The position numbers were made by a program, and so were the translations under genes. 64,000 bases of DNA from an uncultured Spirochaetota bacterium (lineage in GTDB: Bacteria; Spirochaetota; Spirochaetia; SZUA-6; CAVTHK01), in the NCBI GenBank assembly GCA_963734495.1, contig CAVTHK010000012.1, positions 1 to 64,000 of the forward strand. Reading direction: 5' to 3'. The notes under the pieces were generated by a model. The model was given only the letters and a program-made list of their open reading frames with translations. It was not told where the DNA came from and searched no databases. Position 1 is the first letter of the stretch. Each line of letters opens with the position of its first letter. Positions 1-10,996 of this stretch are shown one piece after another.

Positions 1-133
1 GCCGCAGACCCAGCTCTCGGCCTGCCCGGCGCCTTGGCACAGATGATGTCGACCATGCTTCGCACTATGGACCGATCGGCGCGCGCCGGACAAGCCGAAT
101 CGCTCCCGCGGCTCATCGGCGGCGTCGGCCTCC

Positions 134-298
134 GGGCGTGCCCCCGAGCGGCGCCGGCCGCTTGCCGGCTCGGGGTCGCGCTCTGCGGGGGTCCCGTCCT
201 CGGCGGGCCTCGATGCGCACATGCGTGGGAACCGCCGCGCGCCGCGCCTTCGGACCGGGCGCGCTCGCGCGCGCCCGCCCCTCCGATCGCTCACGCCC
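134..298 (+). repeat. Structured interspersed repeat, copy 1 (GGGCGTG...CACGCCC)
   Basis: Shares blocks GGGCGTGCCCCCGAG, GGCTCGGGGTCGCG, GTCCTCGGCGGGC, CCGCCGCGCGCCGCGCCTTCGGACCGG and CGCTCACGC with 13921-14078. Confidence 0.8.
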
Positions 299-565
299 CG
301 CGCTCGCCCCGGGCTTCGCCCTTTCCAGCCGTCGCCCCTTGACCCGGCCGGCCTCGCTCCGGCATGCTCCTGTCGACGCGCGCACGGCGCACCCGCGGCG
401 AAGCATGCCTCGCGTGAGCCGCGACGCGAATAGATCCGCTCGCACGCGGCTCCGGGCAGAATGGTCGCTGCACCCGCTCGAAGTAAAGAGTCCGAAAAAT
501 GTTGGGTCTTGACGGCAGACCTGGATAGCTTATTCTGGGTCGAAGCCGATGAGCGAGGGGTGAAC

Positions 566-1525
566 GTGAGTCTATCAGCCAGATCGTTGGCCGGCATCCT
601 GACTCCCCGCACCAGCTTGTGGGCCAGGATACGCAGCGATCTCGCGCGCAACCGGCAGATCTACCTGATCCTGCTTCCGGTGCTTGCCTACTTTGCCATA
701 TTCTACTACGTACCGTTGTACGGCGCTCAGATCGCTTTCCGGGACTACAGCCCGGGCAAAGGCATCCTGGGCAGCCCGTGGGTCGGTCTTCAGTATTTCA
801 AGCAGTTCTTTGACAGCTACTATTTCTGGCGCCTCCTGAGAAACACGCTGCTCATAAACCTCTACGATATTGTGTTTGGGTTTCCCGCCCCCGTGATACT
901 GGCGCTCCTGCTCAACGAGATCAGACTGCGTTCCTTTAAACGCACGGCGCAGACCATCACGTATCTCCCCCATTTCATATCCATGGTCGTCGTGTGCGGC
1001 ATGATCATTGATTTCACCGCGAGCAAAGGACTGGTCAACTCCCTGCTTGGATATGTCGGAATCAAGCCGATTCAGTTCATGACGGAACCAGGTCTGTTTC
1101 GTCCGGTCTTCGTGAGCTCCGGGATCTGGCAGGAGTTCGGATGGGGATCGATCGTATATCTGGCAGCGCTTTCCGGCATCGACCCGGAGCTCTACGACGC
1201 CGCTCGTATCGACGGCGCGGGCCGGTGGAAGCAGACACTCTACGTGACGATTCCCTGTCTTCTGCCGGTCATTTCCATAATGCTCATTCTGCGATGCGGC
1301 AACATCATGAACGTCGGCGTTGAGAAGATTCTGCTCTTGTACAACCCGACCACGTACGAAGCCGCGGACGTCATCTCGTCTTTCATCTACAGAAAAGGCT
1401 TGATCGAAAACAGTTACAGCTACGCCTCAGCCGTCGGGCTCTTCAATTCAGTCATCAACTTTGTCGTGCTGTTGGCGGTCAATCAGGCGAGCAAGAGAAT
1501 GAGCGAAGATACCGGGCTGTTCTGA
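566..1525 (+). CDS. Carbohydrate ABC transporter permease (LplB-like)
   Basis: Multi-TM protein with YLPHFIS and EAA-like loop LYDAARIDGAGRW; GTG 566 after AGGGG chosen as start. Confidence 0.9.
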   Translation: MSLSARSLAGILTPRTSLWARIRSDLARNRQIYLILLPVLAYFAIFYYVPLYGAQIAFRDYSPGKGILGSPWVGLQYFKQFFDSYYFWRLLRNTLLINLYDIVFGFPAPVILALLLNEIRLRSFKRTAQTITYLPHFISMVVVCGMIIDFTASKGLVNSLLGYVGIKPIQFMTEPGLFRPVFVSSGIWQEFGWGSIVYLAALSGIDPELYDAARIDGAGRWKQTLYVTIPCLLPVISIMLILRCGNIMNVGVEKILLLYNPTTYEAADVISSFIYRKGLIENSYSYASAVGLFNSVINFVVLLAVNQASKRMSEDTGLF

Positions 1526-1583
1526 CAGTCAGCGAGCGAGATGGTGCCCGCGTTGTGCCGGCGTTAGCCGGGAGGTGCAAAGC

Positions 1584-2465
1584 GTGAGTTTGAGGACGAC
1601 GAAAGGCGAAAAGGCTTTTGCCGTAGTCGATTACGCAATTCTCATCTTTCTCGTGCTCATCTGCTTGTATCCCCTCTACTATGTGCTTCTGGGCTCTGTT
1701 TCGGATCCCATAAAGATGATGCAGAACAGCGGTTTCCTGCTCGTCCCGTTCGGGTTCCATCTGGATGCGTACAAGCTCGTGTTCGAAAACCCGATGATTC
1801 CGGCCGGTTATGTCAACACGCTGCTCTATCTGTCTGCCGGCACGGTGGTCAACATGATCCTCACGACGCTCGGCGCCTATGCTCTGTCCCGCAAGAACGT
1901 CATGTTCAGGGATTTCTTCATGTTCGCCATCGTATTCACCATGCTGTTCCAGGGCGGCATGATCCCCACGTACCTGGTAGTAAAGAACCTCGGCATGATT
2001 GACTCGTGGGTCGCGATGGTCCTGCCCAGGGCGGTCATACCGATGTACCTCATCATCATGAGGACCGTCTTCGCGGCGGTCCCGGAAAGCCTCATCGAGT
2101 CGGCACGGATGGAGGGCGCCGGAGAGCTCACGATCCTTTTTCGGATAGTCCTCCCGGTTTCCATGGCGGTCGTCGCGGTCGTGATTCTCTTTTACAGCGT
2201 CTACCACTGGAACACGTGGTTCCTGGCCATGCTCTACATGCGCACGAGGGCAAAGTACCCGCTGCAGCTCATCTTGCGGGAGATTCTGATCGCCAACAGC
2301 ACCTCCAACATGACGACGTCGATTTCGTCCGACGACAAGGAGTTCGTCAGCGTAACGATCAAATACGCCACGATCATTGTCGCGACCGTGCCGATCCTCT
2401 GCGTATACCCCTTCCTGCAGAAATACTTCGTCACGGGCGTCATGATCGGTGCTATCAAGGGCTGA
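1584..2465 (+). CDS. Carbohydrate ABC transporter permease (LplC-like)
   Basis: ESARMEGA loop, C-terminal YPFLQKYFVTGVMIGAIKG; GGAGG upstream of start. Confidence 0.9.
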   Translation: MSLRTTKGEKAFAVVDYAILIFLVLICLYPLYYVLLGSVSDPIKMMQNSGFLLVPFGFHLDAYKLVFENPMIPAGYVNTLLYLSAGTVVNMILTTLGAYALSRKNVMFRDFFMFAIVFTMLFQGGMIPTYLVVKNLGMIDSWVAMVLPRAVIPMYLIIMRTVFAAVPESLIESARMEGAGELTILFRIVLPVSMAVVAVVILFYSVYHWNTWFLAMLYMRTRAKYPLQLILREILIANSTSNMTTSISSDDKEFVSVTIKYATIIVATVPILCVYPFLQKYFVTGVMIGAIKG

Positions 2466-2610
2466 TGCGCGGTGAGCTGAGCTGAAGAGGCAGGCAGTAT
2501 GCGGGCGCTCAGGGGGCACCATCGATTCACCGGTTTTCGTATATTGGGAACCGCAGACCCGGCCGGAGTCCGGCCAGGTCCGTCGAGTATCGAGTCGCAC
2601 GGAGGTTTGC

Positions 2611-4243
2611 ATGAAGACGTTGCTGCGTGGGGGAATCGTTCTGATGATGGCGTTGGCGATCTGTGCGACCGCTGCGGCGAGCGGAAGCAAAGAGCCGACC
2701 AGTGGTGAGACGGCGGCGGCGACCACTGCCGGTTCCGGGGGCTCCCCGTATCCGATTGTGCAGAACAAGATCACCTTGAAATACTTCGCCGCGATGAATC
2801 CTGCGAGGGAAGGTGCCACCCACAAGAGCTTCAATGACATGATTGTCTTCCAGGACATAGAGAAGCTGACCAACATCCACATCGACTGGATCAATCCGCC
2901 CGAGGGCGAGGAGCTGCAGCAGCTCAACCTGATGATCTCGTCCAACGATCTGCCGGACATGGCATATTATAAATGGTCGAACTATCCCGGCGGCCCCGAC
3001 AAGCTGGTCGCCGACGGCGTGATACTCAAGCTCAACGACTACATCAACAAGTATTCCCCGAGTCTCGTAAAGGTCTATCAGGACAATCCGGATGTGCGCA
3101 AAGCCGTAATGACGGACTCCGGCAATCTCTATAGTTACCCGATCATCCAGAAAGATCCGCTTCTCTATGTCAACTTCGGCATGGTGCTCAGGAAGGACTG
3201 GCTTGCCAAGCTCGGCCTCAAGCCGCCTGTGACGATCGACGACTGGCATAATGTGCTTACGGCATTCAAGAACCGCGACCCCAATGGCAACGGCAAGCAG
3301 GACGAGATTCCGCTCGAAGCCGCGTACAACATCTCCTATGGGGTTCAGGACATGATATCCGCCTGGGGCATCAACTGGGATTTCTACGCGGGCAAGGACA
3401 ATCAAGCCCACTACGGCCCCTACGAGCCTCAGTACAAGGATTACCTGCGGACGATGGCAGCATGGTACAAAGAAGGGCTGATCGACACGGATTTTGCCAC
3501 GCTGAAGCAACAGCAGATCAGCGCAAAGGTCACCAGCAATCAGGCCGGTGCCGCCAAGATCGGACTTGGCGACCTTCTTACCTGGGCCAAGGGACTCGGC
3601 AACACGGATGCGTTTGTCGGCGTTCCGAACCCCGTTCTCAAGGCCGGTGATACGCCCATGGCCAATCAGCAGGTCACTCCCCCGTACAACGGCTCGGGCA
3701 CCGTGATCAGCATGAAGTCCAAGTACAAAGTCGAAGCCGCGAAATGGCTGGATTACGGCTACTCGCCTGCAGGTATCCTGCTGCTCAACTACGGCCGTGA
3801 GGGCGAGCAGTACAACATGGTAAACGGCAAACCGGTCCTGGTCGACTCCATCTCTGCGCAACCCGAAAATGAGCATCAACGTGGCCCTGTCCCAGTTCGC
3901 CATGGGCGCGTCGAGCATGGCCTTCTGGAACGATGCGGGCGTGCGCGAGGCGAGACAGATCTCGCTCCCCATGCAGCAGCAGTGCAGCGAGGCCTGGTCC
4001 ACCGAGGATACGTCAATGGTCTGGCCGGCTCCTGTCACGCCGACTCCCGCTGAGAGCCAGCAGCTCTCCTCGATCATGACCGACGTCAAGACCTACGTGG
4101 ACGAACGTACGCTCGCCTTTATCATGGGCAAAGCAAACGTCGACACGGACTTCGGCAAGTACGTTCAGACCCTCAAGGATCTGGGCGTCGAAAAGGCCAT
4201 CGCGATCGAGAACGCGGGGCTCCAGCGTTACCTCAAGAGATAG
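2611..4243 (+). CDS. Extracellular solute-binding protein, one frameshift near 3853
   Basis: Signal peptide, DPNGNGKQDEIP motif; ORF 2611-4053 continues in ORF 3869-4243. Confidence 0.85.
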
Positions 4244-4259
4244 ATTGCTCCCGGCTTCC

Positions 4260-4293
4260 ACACGGATGCCGCCGCCCAAGGCGGCATCCGTGT
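4260..4293. terminator. Hairpin between convergent genes
   Basis: Perfect 14-bp stem ACACGGATGCCGCC / GGCGGCATCCGTGT with 6-nt loop. Confidence 0.7.
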
Positions 4294-4348
4294 TGTGTCG
4301 GGCTGGCCTGCCGCCGCGTTCAGCGGGAAAACCTCTTGCGGTCCGCCG

Positions 4349-7300
4349 TCAGAACAGCTCCCGCTGCGCCGGCGGGCTCTGCGGCGCGCTGCCGTTGTCC
4401 GGCGGCTCCAGCACCGGGCGGTCGCGGATCTTGCGGCGGACGCGCTCGGAGTCCCTGCGATTGTGCCGGGCCTCGTGGATGGCGAGGGCCTCCTCGAAGC
4501 GGCCCATCCTCTCCAGGGCGCGCGCCCGGCCCGGGTCGCTGCCGAGACGCTCGTAGCACGAGAGCGCCCGCTCCGGCTCGTTCGCCTGCAGGTAGTGGCG
4601 GGCCGCACCCGGGAGGTCCTGCGCCGCTTCGGCGAGCCGTGCGGCGCGCGCGAAGTCGTCGTTGCGGAGGCACACGCTCACGGCGTCACCGGTCCGTCCG
4701 CTGGAGTGCAGGAGCTGCACCGCCTCCGCGTACCGGAGGCGGCTCAGGGCAAAGAGCTGCCAGGTCCTCAAGCTCAGCTCGACCCCCGCCAGGGCCGCGT
4801 CGAAGCTGCGCCGGTCCCGCACCAGCAGCGCGCACGCCGCGAGAGCGGGATCGCCGGCCCCCGCCTGGTCGATGCGCCGCAGAACCTCCATGGCCTCCGG
4901 CGACTGCATCGCGCTCCTGACAAGGGTCCAGCTCTGGAGGAGCCTCGCGAGGCTGTTGTAGTGACGCACCTCGAAGACCAGGTCAAGGACCGCGGGCTCC
5001 ACGTCCGTGTGTCCATAGACGATCGAAGTGAGCCCGCCGAGCCACGAGTCGATGCTGTCCCGTGAGGCCTGGACGCCGTGGACGCCGATCACTCTCTTGA
5101 AAAAGGCGGCGCCGAGAGATTCGACGGTGCCGCGCCTGCGCGCGGTGAGGGCGTACTTGCGCGCCTCGAGCGCGGCGGTGAACCTGGGGGCGAACTGGAG
5201 GCTCGGTGCGTAGCCCTCGCGCAGCCCGAGGTAGCGCTCGGCGAGATCGAATCGCTCCATCTCGACGAGCCAGAGCAGGGCCTCCTCGTCGTAGCGCAGG
5301 CACACGTATGCCTCGAGAGCCCGCTCTGCCAGCGTCAGCGAACGAAAGCGCGCCAGCGCGCGCAGGCAATCGCCCGACCGCATCAGCCGCTCGCCCTCGT
5401 CCGCCACCTCCCGGGCCCGCGCGTTTCGTTCCTGGCCCCGGCGAGCCTCCATCACGTGCCGGCTCAGGTACTGCGCCGCGCGCACGTGGCGATCGGGCAC
5501 CTGCGAGCCTTCGACCGCTTCGGCGGCGTCCTTGAACCGGCGCGCCCTGGCGAGGCAGTCGGCGGCTTCGGCCGCGAGACCGGCGGTGCTGTAGGCCGCG
5601 ACGGCGCGGTCGAGGAGCCCCGCGCGCGCAAAGAGCGGCGCGGCCTCCTGCTCGCGCCCGAGCGCGGCGTAGCGGATCGCGGCACGCGCGAGCTTGTTGG
5701 CCCCGCGGATACCCGCCGCGTCCTCCGCGATGCGCTCAGCCGCCCGCGGGACCGCGGCGATGAGCCCGCGCAGCGCCTGTTCGGCCGCCGGCCAGTCACG
5801 GAGCTTTTCCGCCAGCGCGGCGGCGCCCTGGTGGTCGCCGAGCCTCTGGTAGCAGGCGAGCAGCCGCCTGTGATCCCGCAGGCGGCTGTAGATCGCGGCC
5901 GCCCTGGCTACCCTGCCGGCGTCAAAGAGCCGGCCGGCCGCCTCGTCGAGCCTGCCGAGCTGGATCAGGGTGTCGGCGGCGCGCACGGCGTCGCCCGCCT
6001 TGTCCCACTCCGCGGCCGCCTCTTCGAGCTTGCCCTGATCAAAGTAGAAGGTGGCCAGCGCCGCGTGATCCCCGCCCTGCCGCGCCGCCTTGAGCGCGCG
6101 GTCGCCGTCGCCCGAGCGCCGCCAGAGCTCGGCGGCGCGCCGCCAGTCTCGGCGCGCCTCGGCGAGCTCCGCTTCGCAGGGGAGCGCGCGCGCGTCGTCG
6201 CCGAGGCGGCGCCAGAGGGCGAGCGCCTCGCCCCACGCGCGCGCCGCCTGCCAGCACTCGGCGGCGTCGCGATCGCGGCCGAGTGCGGCAAAGAGCGGCG
6301 CCGCCTCGTCGGGCTGCCCCGCGCGCCGCAGGCGCTCGGCCGTCGCGAGCTGCTCGCGCTCGCGCGAGCCCGCATGGCGGTAACACTCGGCCGCAGCCGC
6401 GAACTGCTCGTGGTCAAAGAGATAGTCGCCCTGCCGCGCCCAGTCCTGCGGGGTCGAGACGACCTGCCATGCCTGCTCGAGGGCATCCGGCTCCCGCGAG
6501 ACGAACAGCCGCCCCTGCAGCTCGGGCATCTGCCAGACCCCGCACGCGTCGCCCGTGTCGTCCGCGTCGTTGCCGTCATAGACGAGCAGGCTGTTGCGGG
6601 CCCGCGTGACCCCCACGTACAGCACGTTGATCTCGTGGCGGATCATGGCGGCGTGGTCGCGCTCCCGTCCCTGGCCCCGCGCGAGGCGCCGCCACAGGTC
6701 GGCGGCGCCCGCCGACGGCTTCCACAGCAGCACCGTGTCGAACTCCAGGCCCTTGGCCTCGGTGACGGTAAAGACCAGCTCCGTCCCGAGCCGCTCCTTG
6801 AGGCGCCGCTGCTCGGCAGGCGTGCGCGCGATGATCATGCGGCCCGGCGCGCTCAGATCGACCCGCGCGAGGACGGCCTCCTCCGCGACGCCGCTGATCA
6901 AGAGGGGAGGTCTGCCTTCAAATTTCCACTCTTCGCGAAACTCGCTCCCCTCGAGCCCGACGAGGCGGCGCTTGAGCTCGAGCAGCGCGTTGCCCAGGGC
7001 CACGATGCTGCCCACGCAGCGAAAGTTGAGATCGAGGTGGATCACGTCGGGGACCGCCGCGCGCCGCTCGTAAAAGCGCCGCCGCGTCTCTTCCCAGCGA
7101 AAGCCGGTCGGGTTGATGATCTGGCGCGGGTCGCCCGTGAGCACGAGGCCGCGCGGGTCGCGGGCGAGCCTGAAGAGGAGCGAGATCTGCGCTTCGGCAA
7201 AGTCCTGCAGCTCGTCGCAGACCACGAGGTCGTACTCGAAGCGGTCACCGGCGCGGGCGAGGGCGGCCATCGCGCGGCGGGTCAGGTCGATCTCGTCCCA

Positions 7301-8812
7301 GAGCCCTTCGGCATCGAGGCGGCCCTGGTAGTACTCGGCGACCGCGTAGATCTCGCGCCGGTCAAAGGCAAAGTTGGGCGCGCGCCTGCGTCCGAGCGCC
7401 TCGTAATCCGCGAGTGCGAGGAGCGGGCGCTCAAAGGCGCGGCCGCGCTTTTCGACAAGGGCCGCGACGAGGTCGAGGGCCGAGGCCGCGTCGGCGCGCT
7501 CGCCGCCTTCCTGGCTCCCGAGCGCCAGCACGAAGTCGTCGTACGCGCGAAAGCGGCTGCGCCGCGTCACCAGCTCCTCGGCTTTGCCGCCGAGGGCGAG
7601 CGCCTTGAGCCCGTAGAGAAGCTCGGCGAGCTCACGCAGATCGCGCGGGAGGAGGCTGCGACTGCTCCACAGGTCGGCGAGCTCCCGCAGGCGCCGCGGG
7701 CTCAGGTTGGCTTCCGCGCCCTTGATGAGGGATCGGATCTCTTCCCAGACGAGCTGGGTGTCATACCTGCCATACGAGGCGTGGCTGCGGAAGATGCGGT
7801 CGAACTCGGGCAGCCTGACTTCGCGAGCGGGGTCCACGGGCGAGCCGGCGGCTTCGAGGATCGCGTCGAGCAGCTCACGCAGCGTGAGAAAGTCGGCGGC
7901 ACCGTGGTCCGCGGCGCAGCCGGCGGCGCCGTCCGGGCCGGGCGGAGGCGCGGCGCGGTCGGCCGCCTTGGCCTGCCCCAAGGCGTTGCCGCTGCGCAGC
8001 CCGTCGTAGATCCGGCGCGAGTACCGCTTGAGCCAGGGGCTGTACGTGACAAAGAGCCTTCGCCTGGACGCACCGCTCCGCAGCAGGTAGTAGACGCTGA
8101 TCGTGGTCTTGCCGCTGCCCGCCGTTCCCGAGAGCAGGAGCGGCGGCTCGCGGGCGAGGATCGACTCCTGGGCCGAAGTGAGCCGCAGGTGCAGCTCGAT
8201 GTCGTCGGGCTTTGACGTGCGCAGCAGCCGCTCCCACTCGTCGTCGCCCACGACCATCCATTTCTGCGGGCCGTAGTCCGCCCGCGCCTTTTCCGCCAGG
8301 GCCTCCTGCGTGTACCAGTCCTCGGAGATCCCGTCGAGGGACAGCTCGGAGCGCTCTTCGGTCTCCTCGGGATCCGCTCTGAGAAAGGGTGCGTTCGCGG
8401 GGAGGACCTCGAGCTCGGGGGACTGCGCCTCGGCCGCGACCTCGCCGGCCGGCCGCGCTTTGTGCGTTTCCTCCCGAAGCGCCTCCGCGGGCGCCGCGCG
8501 CCCGGCGCTCGCCGCAGCCGCGATCCTCCTCGCTGCCGCGCCCACGTCGTCGTGAGCGACCACGCCCCACACGTGCACGGCGCTTTCGCCCCGGTCGCGG
8601 CCCAGGGTAAAGAGGAGCCTGCGGCCCCGGTCGAGCCGGGCTTCGAAAACCACCTGGCGGGCCGGGGCCCGGAGCTTTTTGACGCGGACTCCGCCTTCCC
8701 AGTAGCCGTTGGCGAGAAAGTAGAGCTTTTCGCGCAGCCTCTGCTTTTCGGCCGGCGCAGCCGTGACGAGGTACTCTTTGAGCGCTTCGTTGACCAGAAT
8801 GAGGTGCGGCAC
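4349..8812 (-). CDS. UvrD-like SF1 helicase with N-terminal RelE-like domain and C-terminal TPR-like repeats
   Basis: Walker A GTAGSGKT, VCDELQD, TGDPRQ, NFR, AKGLEFDTV, LYVGVTRAR; long AAECY/AAELW-type helical repeats. Confidence 0.85.
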   Translation of the reverse strand: MPHLILVNEALKEYLVTAAPAEKQRLREKLYFLANGYWEGGVRVKKLRAPARQVVFEARLDRGRRLLFTLGRDRGESAVHVWGVVAHDDVGAAARRIAAAASAGRAAPAEALREETHKARPAGEVAAEAQSPELEVLPANAPFLRADPEETEERSELSLDGISEDWYTQEALAEKARADYGPQKWMVVGDDEWERLLRTSKPDDIELHLRLTSAQESILAREPPLLLSGTAGSGKTTISVYYLLRSGASRRRLFVTYSPWLKRYSRRIYDGLRSGNALGQAKAADRAAPPPGPDGAAGCAADHGAADFLTLRELLDAILEAAGSPVDPAREVRLPEFDRIFRSHASYGRYDTQLVWEEIRSLIKGAEANLSPRRLRELADLWSSRSLLPRDLRELAELLYGLKALALGGKAEELVTRRSRFRAYDDFVLALGSQEGGERADAASALDLVAALVEKRGRAFERPLLALADYEALGRRRAPNFAFDRREIYAVAEYYQGRLDAEGLWDEIDLTRRAMAALARAGDRFEYDLVVCDELQDFAEAQISLLFRLARDPRGLVLTGDPRQIINPTGFRWEETRRRFYERRAAVPDVIHLDLNFRCVGSIVALGNALLELKRRLVGLEGSEFREEWKFEGRPPLLISGVAEEAVLARVDLSAPGRMIIARTPAEQRRLKERLGTELVFTVTEAKGLEFDTVLLWKPSAGAADLWRRLARGQGRERDHAAMIRHEINVLYVGVTRARNSLLVYDGNDADDTGDACGVWQMPELQGRLFVSREPDALEQAWQVVSTPQDWARQGDYLFDHEQFAAAAECYRHAGSREREQLATAERLRRAGQPDEAAPLFAALGRDRDAAECWQAARAWGEALALWRRLGDDARALPCEAELAEARRDWRRAAELWRRSGDGDRALKAARQGGDHAALATFYFDQGKLEEAAAEWDKAGDAVRAADTLIQLGRLDEAAGRLFDAGRVARAAAIYSRLRDHRRLLACYQRLGDHQGAAALAEKLRDWPAAEQALRGLIAAVPRAAERIAEDAAGIRGANKLARAAIRYAALGREQEAAPLFARAGLLDRAVAAYSTAGLAAEAADCLARARRFKDAAEAVEGSQVPDRHVRAAQYLSRHVMEARRGQERNARAREVADEGERLMRSGDCLRALARFRSLTLAERALEAYVCLRYDEEALLWLVEMERFDLAERYLGLREGYAPSLQFAPRFTAALEARKYALTARRRGTVESLGAAFFKRVIGVHGVQASRDSIDSWLGGLTSIVYGHTDVEPAVLDLVFEVRHYNSLARLLQSWTLVRSAMQSPEAMEVLRRIDQAGAGDPALAACALLVRDRRSFDAALAGVELSLRTWQLFALSRLRYAEAVQLLHSSGRTGDAVSVCLRNDDFARAARLAEAAQDLPGAARHYLQANEPERALSCYERLGSDPGRARALERMGRFEEALAIHEARHNRRDSERVRRKIRDRPVLEPPDNGSAPQSPPAQRELF

Positions 8813-9015
8813 CCGCGCGGCCCTTGCGCGAGTCTACGACGAGGGCGGCGCGCAGGACAACCCGGGGTCCCGCCGGCCACGACGACGCGACGAGCGAGCG
8901 GTGCGGCCTTTGTCCGGGCATGAGTTGGCGCCCCGAGCGCGGGGAGGCCGGCGGGCGAGCCCGGCCTCAACGAGAAGCGCCGGTACAGGTAGCCGCCCGG
9001 GCCGATGCTCCGCCG

Positions 9016-9088
9016 GGGCGTGCCCCCGGAGCGGCGCTTGGCCCTCGCTTGCCCCCTTTACTCGGGGGGCGGGCTCGGGGTCGCGTGC
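9016..9088 (+). repeat. Partial (5' half) copy of the structured repeat
   Basis: GGGCGTGCCCCCGGAGCGGCGC ... GGCTCGGGGTCGCGTGC. Confidence 0.65.
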
Positions 9089-9494
9089 GACTAACAAGGA
9101 TGTCAGGAGGCCGAGCGGGCGCGATGGATGGCGCCCGCTGCCCTGAGGGGGTTGCGACCGCTTCCGCGGAAATGTGGCGATCGCGGGCCGACAGGGCGAT
9201 CAGGCTCGCGGAGTCTTTGCTGGGCGCTTTGAGGCCCTCGCTGCCGATGGACAGCGGGCCGCCACCCCGCAAGCGGTCCGCCGCGTCCAGGAGGATGGCA
9301 GCCGCGCTGCCGCGGAAGCGTCAAGGCGGATCGCATGACTGTGCTTCGCCCGCCCCGGGTGCCGACGGCAGGGGACGCGTTTGTGGTGGTCTTGCGGGTC
9401 TTGCGGGGGCTGCAGCGCTCCCCGCAACACGAATTCCCACCCCGCGCGCGCCGCAGCCTTTGCGATCGACGCCGAAAGCGCTAACATCAGGCAC

Positions 9495-9791
9495 ATGACG
9501 CGAGATGACGTCGTGCGTGCGATCCGTCTCAACGTCGAGGCGATTCACTCTCTTGGTGTTGATCGACTTCGCCTGTTTGGCTCCTTTCTCGCCGGCACGG
9601 CGGAAGAGGAGAGCGACATCGATCTGCTCGTCGACTTTCTGCCGGGCAAAAAGACCTTTGACAACTACATGGATCTTCGGATTCTGCTCGAAGACGTGTT
9701 CCCCGGTCGCCGCATCGACCTGATCACCACTGAGTCGCTGCATCCGAGACTCCGCCCCGGGGTATTCGCGCAGGCGGAGTATGTCGCGTGA
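9495..9791 (+). CDS. Minimal nucleotidyltransferase (MNT antitoxin)
   Basis: LFGSFLAG...SDIDLLVDF motif, 98 aa. Confidence 0.85.
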   Translation: MTRDDVVRAIRLNVEAIHSLGVDRLRLFGSFLAGTAEEESDIDLLVDFLPGKKTFDNYMDLRILLEDVFPGRRIDLITTESLHPRLRPGVFAQAEYVA

Positions 9792-10040
9792 CCTGTCCCT
9801 TCTACCTCGAGGAGATCCCTGCGGCTGCTGACGCGGTGGCGGGATGGGAGCAAGAACGAGACCATCGATGCGTCGGCACGCCGCATTGAGGGGTGAGCCC
9901 GTGTCCGCCTGGCCGATAGGCGGGCTGCTTGCGAAACGAGCTCGCAGCGGCGTCCGCGCGGAGTACTGCCTTACCTGTCGAGAAGCTTGACCACGCGTGG
10001 ATCGCGCACCAGATCGCGCGTGGTCCATATGAGACTGTTG
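9781..10040 (+). pseudogene. Eroded HEPN (DUF86) toxin partner
   Basis: Overlapping ATG with MSRDLS..YLEEI start, later W..(G)LRNELA remnant; many indels; end approximate. Confidence 0.5.
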
Positions 10041-10171
10041 CCACACCCGGCAGGGTTGCCTTCCCATATTGTCATATCAGATATTGTAATTGTTTGACGT
10101 GGACTAACATCTGCAATACATTATCGTCTGGCGATCGAAACGTGACGGCAGACGTTCGCCAGGGACGAACA

Positions 10172-10996
10172 ATGGCAAGGCCGGATGTCACTCATACCGC
10201 TGTTGGGATGGAGTTGGTCAGGAAGCTGTCGGAGTCCGGGCAGCGGCTGTTCACCTCCGCGCAGGCGCGCAGGCTCGCGCCCGCGGCTGGCGTTTCAGCG
10301 GGCTATTTTCGCCAGGCACTTCACCATCTGGCGCGCTCGGGGTGGATCGTTCGCCTCAGAAAGGGTCTCTATTGCCTGTCCGGCGCCGTTCCAGGCGCAG
10401 CACCCCTCCATGAGTTCGAGATAGCGATGGCGCTTGTTGAGCCAGCGGCCATCAGTCACTGGTCCGCCCTGAGCTACCACGGCTTGACGGAGCAGACACC
10501 CCGGCGCGTCTTTGTCCTTACGACAGCGCGTGCGGTGCCTCGCCCGCGCAACGCCCGAACAGACGCCGGTTACAGCGTCGGCTCGGCGCGCTACCAGTTC
10601 GTTCAAGTCACCCTGGCGCGGTTTTTCGGCGTGACCGACGTCTGGATCGGCGAGTCGCGGGTCAAGGTGACGGACCCCGAACGGACACTGCTCGATGGGC
10701 TCATGATGCCGCAATACTGCGGCGACTTTTCAGAGGTGCTGCATGCGTTCGAGGTCCGGGCGCCGACGATCGACGTGGATCGCATCGTCGGCTACGCTCT
10801 GCGGCTCGACGCTGCCACGGCAAAGCGGTTGGGGTGGATCCTGGAGAGGCAACAGGTCGACCCGACGAGACTCGAGCGCCTCCTCCGGGTCCCTATCAAG
10901 GGCTATCGCGTGCTCGATCCGAGCGGACCGCGCCGAGGTGCCGGCGACCGTCGCTGGATGGTCCAATTGAACCTCGCGGGAAACACGCTGCCATGA
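10172..10996 (+). CDS. abiEi: Type IV TA AbiEi-family antitoxin
   Basis: wHTH RLRKGLY, SHWSALSYHGLTEQTP, TDPERTLLD. Confidence 0.85.
   Translation: MARPDVTHTAVGMELVRKLSESGQRLFTSAQARRLAPAAGVSAGYFRQALHHLARSGWIVRLRKGLYCLSGAVPGAAPLHEFEIAMALVEPAAISHWSALSYHGLTEQTPRRVFVLTTARAVPRPRNARTDAGYSVGSARYQFVQVTLARFFGVTDVWIGESRVKVTDPERTLLDGLMMPQYCGDFSEVLHAFEVRAPTIDVDRIVGYALRLDAATAKRLGWILERQQVDPTRLERLLRVPIKGYRVLDPSGPRRGAGDRRWMVQLNLAGNTLP

Noticed and set aside
5078-8215. Long antisense ORFs (also 22145-23983, 35596-37104, 46156-48018)
   Set aside because: Shadow frames of real high-GC genes with no recognisable motifs
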